In this document: positions 26,446-38,200 of the stretch, in pieces
Numbering within the stretch: position 1 is the first letter of the stretch
Layout: every line of letters starts with the position of its first letter
DNA from: Pseudomonadota bacterium
Lineage (GTDB): Bacteria > Pseudomonadota > Gammaproteobacteria > JAKBBU01
Direction of reading: 5' to 3'
DNA: 59,509 nt
NCBI GenBank assembly: GCA_021808365.1
Contig: JAKBBU010000005.1
Coordinates: forward strand, 1 to 59,509
Notes under the pieces: model-generated
Told to the model about the DNA's origin: nothing
What the model saw: only the letters and a program-made list of their open reading frames with translations
The model's database searches: none
Program-made: the position numbers and the translations under genes

Positions 26446-28170
26446 ATGGGAAAGGATCTGCTAGAGAATCAAAAGAATACAACTACTGAACAAACCCTCG
26501 AATCCTTGCAGGCGGCAAAGCGGGAAGCTGAACGTATCGCAGCAGCGAATCAAATCCAAACTGAATTTATCGCAAACATCAGCCATGATCTTCGCACACC
26601 GCTTAATGGCATTATTGGCATGGCGGAGCGTTTAAGACGAATTAATGTTGATCCTGAATGCACAGAAACGATCGAATGTATCGTTCAAGGCGGGCATATG
26701 TTGCTTAGTCTTGTTGAAGATATTCTAAATGTTGCAAAATTGGGGGCAGGTAAGCTTGAAATCAATCATGCACCCTTTGATCTGAGAGACCTCATCGAAG
26801 GGGCAATGGCCAGCGTGACCTTCACAGCCCAAGAAAAGAATGTCGCCTTGGTCATCGAATATGAGAATGATGTTCCTCATCACCTTATTGGTGATCATAA
26901 TCGGATCAAACGAGTGATCATGAACTTGTTGGGTAATGGGGTTAAATTTACGGATCGTGGACATGTGAAGGTTCATGTTAAGGAGCTCAACCGCGAAGGC
27001 GATCAAATCAAACTTCAAATTACAATCGAAGACACAGGGGTAGGGATCCCCAAGGCAGTACAATCAAAGATTTTTGAGCGTTTTGAAACAGTTGACCAGG
27101 CCTCGTATAAAACAAATAAGACAGGTGCGGGCCTTGGGTTGACCATTACAAAAGCATTTGTTGAAGAATTAGGGGGAAAAATTTGGGTTGAGAGCGAAGA
27201 AAATGTGGGGACTCAATTTATTTTTGAGATCACCTTGAGAGTGCAACCTGCAAAAATAGCGCCGACGCGTTGGGAGTCGGAGCATCCTGAAATTAAAATT
27301 CTCTTAGTCAGCGATAACCCTCAATTAACTGAAAAAATAGTGCACGAATTAGGGGCTGAACAAGTTGTGACGATGATGGCTGATCAAGCAGTCCAGTTAT
27401 TAGGGGAAAATCGAGCACAAGCTATTTTTCAAATGATCCTTTTTGATGAGGCGATCAACGAAGGAAAAGTATTTGAGTTTTGTCAACGGTTCAACCAAAA
27501 CCACCGTTTTTTACACACCTTAAAAATTCAAATTGGCGCGAAAAGTCAGACAGCCGTTCAAGCCGAATTTTCAACAGGTCATGGTTTTTTTGCATCAATT
27601 AATACCCAAGGTGAGAATGGTACATTTCAAGATCATTTGTTTGAAATGTTTAGTAAATGGACGGCGCATCAGGAAAAGCAACGTGGTTTTTTGCAACGTT
27701 TGAATGCCAAAGTTTTGTTGGTTGAAGATAATTTATTAAATCAAAAAGTGGTCTCTATTTTGCTTAAGGATTTCGGGTGTAACGTTCGAACAGCAAGTCA
27801 AGGGGCACAAGCCATTGAGATGGTGAAAGAAGCTCATTACGATTTGTTATTTTTGGATCTCGGCTTACCGGATATGGACGGCATCAGCGTGGCTAAAAAA
27901 ATCCGAGCGTTGGAAAAGAAAATGCCTGAACCCCAAACGGGTTTAAAGCGAAGTTTTCGATTTGGTCGTTCCAAGATCCGACAACGGGAACAGCCTCTAC
28001 CCATCATTGCCTTGACAGGACATGTCACACAAGAAGATAAAGAAGCTTGTCTAGCTGCAGGGATGGATTGGTTTTTAACGAAGCCGATTTCCGCAGATGT
28101 TTTAACAGTGTGTTTAACTCGTTTCTTGCTAAAAGACGAACAGAGGTATAAAATATCCCTGTCGACATGA
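26446..28170 (+). CDS. Cytoplasmic hybrid histidine kinase/response regulator
   Basis: ANISHDLRTPLNG, NGVKFT, DTGVG, GAGLGL; REC domain LVEDN...FLDLGLPDMDG...KP. Confidence 0.93.
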   Translation: MGKDLLENQKNTTTEQTLESLQAAKREAERIAAANQIQTEFIANISHDLRTPLNGIIGMAERLRRINVDPECTETIECIVQGGHMLLSLVEDILNVAKLGAGKLEINHAPFDLRDLIEGAMASVTFTAQEKNVALVIEYENDVPHHLIGDHNRIKRVIMNLLGNGVKFTDRGHVKVHVKELNREGDQIKLQITIEDTGVGIPKAVQSKIFERFETVDQASYKTNKTGAGLGLTITKAFVEELGGKIWVESEENVGTQFIFEITLRVQPAKIAPTRWESEHPEIKILLVSDNPQLTEKIVHELGAEQVVTMMADQAVQLLGENRAQAIFQMILFDEAINEGKVFEFCQRFNQNHRFLHTLKIQIGAKSQTAVQAEFSTGHGFFASINTQGENGTFQDHLFEMFSKWTAHQEKQRGFLQRLNAKVLLVEDNLLNQKVVSILLKDFGCNVRTASQGAQAIEMVKEAHYDLLFLDLGLPDMDGISVAKKIRALEKKMPEPQTGLKRSFRFGRSKIRQREQPLPIIALTGHVTQEDKEACLAAGMDWFLTKPISADVLTVCLTRFLLKDEQRYKISLST

Positions 28171-28181
28171 AAATAAAATAA

Positions 28182-29108
<927 letters not shown>

Positions 29109-29228
29109 AAATTATAATCAAATTTATCCCAGGAAAAACCCTAACTCATTAAAATGAGCTTGCTTTAAACAACAATTTGTTGTATATTCCCAATCCAGTC
29201 CTAAGATAAAAACTAAAAAGGGGTGGGT

Positions 29229-31373
29229 ATGCCAAATGATGCTAATACTAACGTGGTTTATGTTCAACCGTCTCCATATATTCCATTTGTACGCAAGACA
29301 AGCCTGCTTGAGGACGCCGATCGTAGAGACGCTCGTATGTATGAAATACAAATCAATCTAGACAATCTTATTGCCAATGCTCCTCAGAGCATGTTTGATC
29401 CACTCAATCCCTTAGGGGCAAGGTTACGACATTTAAGAGATTGCCCTTTTAGCGCCGGCCTTCAGGAAAGTGAAACGCGAAAATTTCATGTTGCGGTTAA
29501 ACTTGCTTCCCTTGCAGCAGGTGCCGTAGGTGCCTTTATTTTCTTTGAAAGTGCACCGGGTGCCACGCAGGTGTTAATCGATTATTTTTCTGATATTTCC
29601 ACATTTGCGGCCGGTGTTGTGGACTATTTTGGTGGAAGTTGGCAGGCCAGCGTTGATCTAGATGCGTTTAATATACTGTTCAACGCAGAGGGAGGGTTTT
29701 TTCCTGCCCTTTTTAATGGGGCGATTAGTTTAGAGAGTCTTTCGTTCGCATCGAGTATGGCTATCACTGTGACTATTTGCGGAGCTCTGGGTGCGATTTT
29801 GGCAAACACCGTGCTCAATTATACATTTGTTGAGATGCAAATTAGAAATTGCATTAGTTTTTTTAGAGCAGAGCACCAAGACTGGAAGTACGCCCTTTCT
29901 GTGGGCCTTGTATCGGTTGGTTCACAGCTCATGTTTTCGATACCTGGAATCGGAAAGTATACCCCTACAGAGCATGCTCTAAATGTCGCATCTTTTGGTG
30001 TGGGCACACTTTTGATGGTCAATGGTACAGAGACAGTTTGGGAGAGGATCAAGATTGGTTACAGAAATATGCTTGCGGCTCATAAAGGACTCAAGGAAGG
30101 CTATCGACAAGAAGTTTTGAATTTTTCTATGGGAGAACTTCCCATCAATAAATTATCCGATAGAGCCTTATCTATTCTTAAGGGAGAATTCAAAGAAGCG
30201 CTCGATCAGGCTTTTATTCGAGTGATTAGCGCGCCTCCAGAGGGCGTTGATCTAAAAAATATGTCTAGAAGCCAGAGGGATGCGGCGCAGATCCAAGTCG
30301 TTGTAGAGAGAATTAATTTCATCGCGGATTGTGACATCCTATCTGATTCGCTTCGTAAACTAAGGGAGGGGGATAACCTAAGTGGAGAAGAAAAGGCTTT
30401 ATTTTGGGCACGTTTATTAAAGGTTGGGAGCAAATTACCTCCCATGGAAGTTGAGCAGGTTGGAAAAACAAGTTTAGCGGCTTCTATGATAGCGATTGCT
30501 GGCCAATCAGGTTTTCTTCTCTCTTCCGCAGGATGGATATGGGAGACTGGAAATGCTCATTTTCCGCTCCCTGTAACTATCTTAGGTCTCTGTCTTTTGA
30601 TCGTGGGTGCTATTCCTTTAACGATGTTAAGTCGTATGTCGGGTGAAAAGTTTGCGAAGACATTTTGGGGGACAAAAGCAGGGCAAAAGACTGCCGCCGG
30701 GGTTGTCCTACCCAGTTGGCTTTTTAATGTCACATTTATTATTTTCTTAATCATTGCAGCCTGGTCATTTCCAGGCACTATTCACTCACAGGGTAAGGTC
30801 GTTGCTCAGATAAAATCATGGGTTCCAGGTGATAATTTGTTTGTTCTATTCATCTCAATTGTGCTTCAAACCCTCTACTATGGTGTCGCTGGTTTTGGGG
30901 GTGCAATGCTGTTCAATGGAATGCTTTCTATACTGGGAATATTTGCAGCGGTTGCCCAACTTTACTATTCCTTCTCTTGTAACGCTGATAAAACGGGTGC
31001 AAGGATCCTAGAGTTTGAAGATATCTTAAAAGAACGCCTGGTAGAATTGCAGAAGGGTTCAAGAGAAAAATTTGAGGAACTCTGGGAAGAAAATGAAGAA
31101 AATGAAGAAAATAAAGCACTTCGTAGAACTTATGGAGAATGGCGGCGTACGACTAGAGAAGAGCCATTGTCGATTCGTAGGATACGTAGTAGCGAGGAGA
31201 GTAGTGATGGCAGTGACGACAACATAAACATATTTAATGAAGTAACTCCATTATTACAGAGGAACAACTTGAGTGCACCAAGAAGAGGCTTATTTGAACG
31301 ATGCTGGGGGTGGTGCGGAGGAGGGGATAAAGAAGACAACAACACCTTTCAGCGAGTGACTTATGAATTATAA
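29229..31373 (+). CDS. Hypothetical multi-pass membrane protein, candidate effector
   Basis: About 715 aa with many hydrophobic segments and a charged C-terminal tail. Confidence 0.7.
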   Translation: MPNDANTNVVYVQPSPYIPFVRKTSLLEDADRRDARMYEIQINLDNLIANAPQSMFDPLNPLGARLRHLRDCPFSAGLQESETRKFHVAVKLASLAAGAVGAFIFFESAPGATQVLIDYFSDISTFAAGVVDYFGGSWQASVDLDAFNILFNAEGGFFPALFNGAISLESLSFASSMAITVTICGALGAILANTVLNYTFVEMQIRNCISFFRAEHQDWKYALSVGLVSVGSQLMFSIPGIGKYTPTEHALNVASFGVGTLLMVNGTETVWERIKIGYRNMLAAHKGLKEGYRQEVLNFSMGELPINKLSDRALSILKGEFKEALDQAFIRVISAPPEGVDLKNMSRSQRDAAQIQVVVERINFIADCDILSDSLRKLREGDNLSGEEKALFWARLLKVGSKLPPMEVEQVGKTSLAASMIAIAGQSGFLLSSAGWIWETGNAHFPLPVTILGLCLLIVGAIPLTMLSRMSGEKFAKTFWGTKAGQKTAAGVVLPSWLFNVTFIIFLIIAAWSFPGTIHSQGKVVAQIKSWVPGDNLFVLFISIVLQTLYYGVAGFGGAMLFNGMLSILGIFAAVAQLYYSFSCNADKTGARILEFEDILKERLVELQKGSREKFEELWEENEENEENKALRRTYGEWRRTTREEPLSIRRIRSSEESSDGSDDNINIFNEVTPLLQRNNLSAPRRGLFERCWGWCGGGDKEDNNTFQRVTYEL

Positions 31374-31375
31374 CC

Positions 31376-32017
31376 CTAGCCCCCAAGGCTGATTTGGGAA
31401 AGGATCCCATTGGTCATCTGTAATTGTAAGGGAGGGCCATAGGGATTGGTATAGATCCAGGTTTCTAGGGTGGTAGTGTAAGGATTGACTACGGAACCTG
31501 TGGATTGGTTCGAAAGAGGTTGACCACAACGATTTAAGACGGTCTGCGTGGTGACACCTACTCTGGGTGACCAATTGCCGCACTGATGAGGATTTCCAGT
31601 GACGGCACTGACCAGGCCAGCATGGAACGTGATTTGAAAAGTTGGTGCATTGTAAGGATTCGAGTTTGTATTGTTATTCCCAAAAGGGCTGGGATTCAAC
31701 CCATTACGCAGAGGATTGTTGGGAGAGCTGTAATACAAGCCCGTATTGACTTGAGTCATCGGATTGGTAACGGCCGCGTAAGTCCAGATTTGATCAGTGT
31801 TGTTGTTGTTGGTTGTAGTGGCGGCGTTGGGCTGGTTTTTTTCAATACGGCTGGGTGCACCGCAAGCGGTTTGAACTTTTGATGCATTGTCACCGAGATT
31901 GATGTATTGATGACCGGCGCTACAGAAATAGGTTGAGAGCCCCGCAAAACTGGGGGTTGCCCAGAGCAGGGCAGTTAGGATGATTGGACAGTACCAAGGT
32001 TGATAGAGATAAGGCAC
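31376..32017 (-). CDS. Secreted DUF2845-like protein (two repeats)
   Basis: Signal peptide; GD....V...CGAP...WTY and V...CGQP...WIY modules. Confidence 0.7.
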   Translation of the reverse strand: MPYLYQPWYCPIILTALLWATPSFAGLSTYFCSAGHQYINLGDNASKVQTACGAPSRIEKNQPNAATTTNNNNTDQIWTYAAVTNPMTQVNTGLYYSSPNNPLRNGLNPSPFGNNNTNSNPYNAPTFQITFHAGLVSAVTGNPHQCGNWSPRVGVTTQTVLNRCGQPLSNQSTGSVVNPYTTTLETWIYTNPYGPPLQLQMTNGILSQISLGG

Positions 32018-32106
32018 AAGATTCTCCTATTCAACCAGAGGATAGCTGACTTTGCTAAAAAAGCAAGGTATTGTAGTGGGTGCTGTAGAGTAGGTTAGTA
32101 AGACCT

Positions 32107-32216
32107 GTAGGTTGGGTTAGAACAGCCGTAGGCTGGGCGTAACCCAACAAACATTCTGCAAAAAGCAGAAATGTTGGGCTACGCATCGTCCCTTGGGCTG
32201 TGCTAACCCCATCTAC
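32107..32216. repeat. Inverted pair of GTAG-type REP-like elements (REPIN-like)
   Basis: GTAGGTTGGGTTAG...CGTAACCCAAC followed by inverted GTTGGGCTACGC...CTAACCCCATCTAC. Confidence 0.75.
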
Positions 32217-32289
32217 TCTAGACGAAAACAAGAAACGATAAAACCCTTGCCAAGCAAGGGTTCGATAAAAAAGAAAAGAGGATGTAATC

Positions 32290-35200
32290 ATGTTTAGAAA
32301 AGACAAGCTCATTTTATTAAAAGCACATCTAAAAGTACTTGAAAGTTTAAGAAAGCATATTTTTTCTCGTAAAGCCATTGATAATGACAATAATATCAAG
32401 AATAACCTTCAACAATTAAGTGCTTCTTATCCCATATACCTTGCTTCTAAACAAAATATTATGGCGAATGATTTTAGGGGTGTTGTTCTACAAAATCCAC
32501 ATTTTATTGATCTCAGATCAGCAAGCCAAGATCAAAAATGGGTGTTAGAAAATTCAGTAGAAGTATTCAACAGAACTTTAGAATTTGTGGATGAAAACCA
32601 ACAATATCTTCGAACAGATAAAGGGACTTTTCTTCGCCTTACTGTAGGTGGTATGGCTGATAGTCTGCTTGATTGGCAACAATTAAAAGACTTATTTACT
32701 TGGTTTCAAAGTGTTCTCTTAAAAGCAAACCCACCTTCACTTATTTTTATTGATAATCTCAAGAGTCAAAGTATAGCTCTAGCACTTGCAAGTTTGTGTG
32801 ATCTCGAGGAGAAGGGTTATTTAGGGCTGAATCTCGAAGAACATATTCGGCTACTGCAGACGAAATTTAATCAGATGGATGAAAATAATCCAGACATCTT
32901 GAAGCAAGCGGTTACAATTTATGTATTGCTTAATCGACTCAGGCTTTTTGGTGAGTTGTCTGCCGAAATTGATAGTATGTCAAATAATCCTCAATTATTT
33001 ATTAACACAGCCGATTTTGAAAAGATAGGCGAGCCTGGGAGAATTGATTGGTTTTCGATTAAAAATCGTCTTAAATTAAAACAATTATTGGCCTATGATT
33101 TGAGTGAAAAAACAGAAGAAAATAAAATCTTATTTGATTATTTAAAAGAATTAGAAAAATGTTTAAATTTATTTGAGCAAGATCGGTTGATTCCTGAATG
33201 TCACTTGCTTGAAATTAGTTTTAATCAGGATTACTTATTAAATGTGCTTAATAGAATAAATCAAAACATAATCCCTGAAACTTTTTCTGATCTGCTTGTT
33301 GCGCCAATAATGGCGCTTAGCGAAATAGATGAAGCTTCTCAGAATGGTCATGAATTAATAAAACACGCCGTCTTCGGTGATGGCAGACTCGAAGATATTT
33401 CATGGTTGCTAGAATGCTTGGATCGTGAAGATCCAAATATAAATGCTATTGAGGCTATACTTTACAAGAGAGGTGGTATTGCAGGTTACCAGCTTGAAGG
33501 GCCAGTCAATGGAATATGGATTTTTGAAGTTTCAAATAATAAACCTGATGATCAATATGCTCCGGAAAATCGTCAGCCTTTTTATATTTCACAAGATAAT
33601 ATTTTAAATAAATTAATCAATGGATTTCGTAATAAACTTGGAGTTAGTGATGAAGAAGCGCGAGATCGAATTTTATTAAATATTCAAGGTCCCTGTAGCT
33701 TAGTGCATAGATTGGGTGGCGCTTTTTCGAATCTTTTTGTAGTGGATGGTCGTCCACTGAAAGAATTCAACCATAAATTGGAATGGGTTGGTCGTGAATT
33801 AGTTTATCGTTTCAGCTATGGTGTAAATTCATCGATACCTGGTGTTAGTTTCGAATATCATTGCGAACCAATTGAGTGTCAAGTAAGAAATGGATTACGA
33901 CCTCTGTCGTTAAATGTGACGTTTAATTTAGACGCTCGTGATAAGGATCAAGCGCATTTAATTCAACAAGTTCAAGAAAAATGTCGAGCGTTGGGATGTC
34001 CTGTTTCTTTTGAAGATTCTTCTCATAACACGCTTAAATTTTTTGGAGAAAAATCTTCTAAATCTTCTCCTAATGGAACGGTTCATCATGATACCTTCAT
34101 TGCGGGTAACAAAGGATTTAAAGTACCTTATGGGGTTGGATATTCATCATCGATGATCTTTATGCCCAAGGAAAAAAAATCGGTACCAGGGCTGAAAATT
34201 GTTGATGAACAAAAAAAGTTTGAAGCGTTAAAACTATCAATTAAACTAGGGAATAAAGAAGCGGAAAAGAAAGTTCAAAGTATTTCTAATAAAAATCAAT
34301 CTTCCCTTCTTAAAAAATTAACCAAGGCATCAGAAAATTTAAAAACAGAAGAAGCGAAGCAGGCATTAATCAAATTTTGTGATTTTGGAATAGCCAGTAG
34401 CAAAAAATGCCCAAAGTTCAATCCTCAAAATGCCATGGCTTCCTGGGAGGCGATTAAGAACTATATTCATGATTTGATTCATGCTTTTCCCTATGATGAT
34501 GTCTCATACCCTAGTATAGAAAAAACTTGTGAATCTCGTTTGTATCATTGCATCTTAAAAGTATTTAAAAGCCTTGAGGTTGATGCAAGCAATCTTAAAA
34601 ATGGAATAATAAGAGACTTTTTTAATATTTATGAGAATGTTTGTCAAACCTTAATAGCTACAGATCCAGAAGCAATCGAAGGAAACATAAATTGGTTGAT
34701 TGGTGAGTACAAGGCGGAAGATGAACAAGAGTCGGTTACGCTCAGAGATAAATTCAGGACTTGGAATGCACCAATAGGTTATGGATGGACAATTGAGCAA
34801 AAAGAACGCAGCTTTAACGAGCTCTCAAACTATTTGAAAGGTTGGATGATCTGTCACTTTGAGCGTTTAATTTATAAAAACTTAGTGGATCTTAAAATAC
34901 CTGATTTATTAAATGATGCACCTCATGCAGCCAAAGAATTTATTGCATCGGTTTATCGTCTTCAAAATTCACGGAAATTTCAGACGGGTAGTTTAAATGA
35001 AGTCCGCGAAAGTTTATTAACGCTCATTCGCCAATTTCCATTAGAGAGTATTGACGAAGAGCTCCATAATTATTGTGCTAAAATTTTGCGTGAAACACTG
35101 CACTCCGCATTTAAAATTTATTATCGATTAGATGAAGATTCAACGGAGATTCATGAAGCTATTTCCGTATTTTTAACTGATTTTGAAAATGAACAGAAAG

Positions 35201-38200
35201 CAGGCCGGTGGAGTAATTGTGATAAGTGTTGCAATGTATTCAAAGAAAAAATTTCTTCTGTTTTTTCGGAAATTACTGAAGCTGTTTTTTTAGAACGGTG
35301 TAGAGATGAATTTATTGCTGGGAATTATCAATTCTTTGCTCGATCTTTTGCGCAAAGCGGATCGTTTTCATCCGTGGCTTTTCTAGAGCTCTTCATAGCT
35401 TTAAGTCGCATTAGTCAACGAGTTGATTTACAAGATCAATATAAAAATATAATTAATTTGTCATTTTTTCCTGTTAAATCAAAAATTCCTCATCGTTTAG
35501 ATGAAATTCATACAACGGAACAGTTTGTTCTTGTTAGTCGATTGATTGAAGAAAGCCGCTGTCTGCCTGAAACGTTTAATACGCTTCTTGCTAGTTTTAT
35601 TGAAGAAGCTTCTGATAACGATAAATTAAAAATAGTTTGGCTGAATAAAATGTGTGATCATGTTTTTGATCAAGGTTTTGACTCAGAAGAAGCACTCAAA
35701 TTTGCGATAAAATTTTTTGATGATGTGCTCCTCTATTTTAGGGGTAATCGTGTTAGTAGAAAAGAAATTTTTCTTGATGAAGAAGAATCTGATTTTTTAA
35801 GAAGATTATTTGCTTTGTCGGAATTATATTATAATTCAAGTGGCATTATAGATAGGTCTAATCTAGACTTAAAAGTCTCAAAAGATGAATTGATTAAAAG
35901 ACTCGATCTCAAAGTCTTAGATGTATTACTGTATCACTGCCCAACTCAAGTTGAGTTAAACACATACTTTGAACTTCTTGGAAAATTTAATGAAGTTGTT
36001 AAATTAGCTGAGCCTGGTAGAAAAGAGGACTTTTATCCTACTAATTTCGGATTCAAAAAGCAGATACTTCACGAGGAAAAATACAGTCAACTTTATTATC
36101 TTTTTGCGTTTGAATTAGCCCTTAATTGTTTAAAAAAATCGAAAATAGGAGAAGAGCTTTCCCTTAATAAGGACGATTTGAAAAAAATCAATCAACTGAT
36201 TAATAGAGCATGTAACGAGGAATATGGATTAAAGGCCGCTTTTCTTCTTCGTGCATTGGTTGCTTATGTAACCTGCGATCCACTAACTGTTGACGATATT
36301 AAAATAATAGTATTTAATTTAAATATTTTTTTAACTCGAAAAGGGCCTGCTTATGATAATTCCTGGCTAAATTCTTTTTCTCAAACTGCTATTAATCAAA
36401 TGATCGATGATCCCCGCTCGTGTGGCGTTGTTGTAGCGGGGCGCGATGGTAACTTATTTGAACTTCAAGTTCCCGATCATGTTGAAAATTTATTTTTGCG
36501 TAAAGAAGAAGAAAAGGAAATAAAAAACAAACAATTCTCCCAACTCAAATCCTCCATTTTCTTAGCTTACCATTACCTTTTCCAAACCGATTTATGGAAA
36601 GCGCTCAAAGATTTAAATTATCTCCCTGAAGGTTGGGTAAAAAAGAGTCTACCTGCGAGCCATTTTTTGGAGGGGCCTGTGCCAGGGGCTCAGCAGAAAT
36701 GGGTGGCGTTGTTAAATCATATCGACACTCTTCAGGACCAAGATGTTGGCGATGATGAACTTGATGAGATTAAACAACGCTTAAAAGAAATGGCTAGTGA
36801 AAAAATACATTATCCTCTTCTGAACAGCAGTAGGGAAGTTTTCCTCCAAAATGATTCTTCGCGATCAATGATCGATGCTATTTTAAACCATGTATTTCAT
36901 GATCGAATAGACCATGAAAATGGCGTATTTCACTCGGAAGCAGATCTAGAATTTATCAAAGTGGCTTCTGGTTTTAATTGCAATAGTGATTTTTACTGGA
37001 ATGAGTTTTCTAAGCCTCAGAAAATTTCTAGAATTTCTTCTCCACCAAAAAAGGATGAGCGGGCAGATAAGATTCAACATGCTGTATTGAGTGAAATTCA
37101 GGGGGCCGCATCGATCGGACATTCAGCGAAAAATAGGGGTTATTTGAATTATATTGGAAATCTCAGTGAAAGAGGCAACAATCAAGAGAGGAAGGATATT
37201 ATCCTCGAACAATTTAATGTAGGAAATCAAAACTTTGTATTTGCAAGAGATAAATTGCTCCCCTATTTAACAGGACAAAGGAAATTATTACCCCAAGATC
37301 TTAATTCTAGCATAAGTGATTATTGGTGTGGCGTTCAATCCTTGCAAATGGCTTGCAACGCAGGCGTTAAAGAAGCTCTCTATCTTCGAGCGGTATTATC
37401 GTTCTGGGAAGAAGGTCATACGAAAGATCTACTCGGTCGATATAAAAACCTAGGTTTGAAATGGCCACAGCCTATAAAAGGTAATTACGACAAGTTAGGT
37501 CACCCGGATTGCTGGACATTCAAGACTAAGCGTTTCGAAGCTTATTACTATTACATGGAGTATCTCATTCAGCCTTCAGTCAATGCGGGAGTTGGCTTAG
37601 ATCCTGTGACTCAGTTGGATGGAGAATTTGTCAGGTCACTCGAGCAAGTAAAAATCAATAAAGCGCCAGTGGGAGAAGCTTTAAATACTTTCTTTGTCAA
37701 AGAAGGTTATGAACTAGTTAAAGAATATTTTCCCCAAGTGGTTGCAGCGCCCAAGCAAAAAAGTTCGCCTAACGAAAGACGAGAAAATTGGGCAGAGCTT
37801 CAGCTTGAGAATTATATCAAACGACTTCTTCTTGCATTTGAACACTACAATCGAACGCCGACGAAGGGTACAAGCTCCAATCTGTTAGGCATTCCTACAC
37901 GAGAAGGTAGTGCCACTTGGATGAATTTCATTAAGAAACTTCATGAGATCTATGCAAAACCTGGATTAAATGCTCAACAGAAGATGATTAATATTGAATC
38001 CTTTACTAAAAAACAAGGATCAAATATTTCTGGGATCAAGGGCGGGCAACACGCGCGATTCTTAAAAGAATTAGAGACTGAATTTTGGCCTCGAGAAGGG
38101 AGGCAACCCTCTGTTGACTTTGCAACTCTTAAAGCGCTTGCAAATGTCTCTGACTTTAATCTTGTGATGAATCGTTCAAAATGTTATAGCTTATTAGCTG

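Noticed and set aside
32055-32399. 114-aa minus-strand ORF
   Set aside because: It runs through REP-like repeats and is antisense to the giant ORF start.
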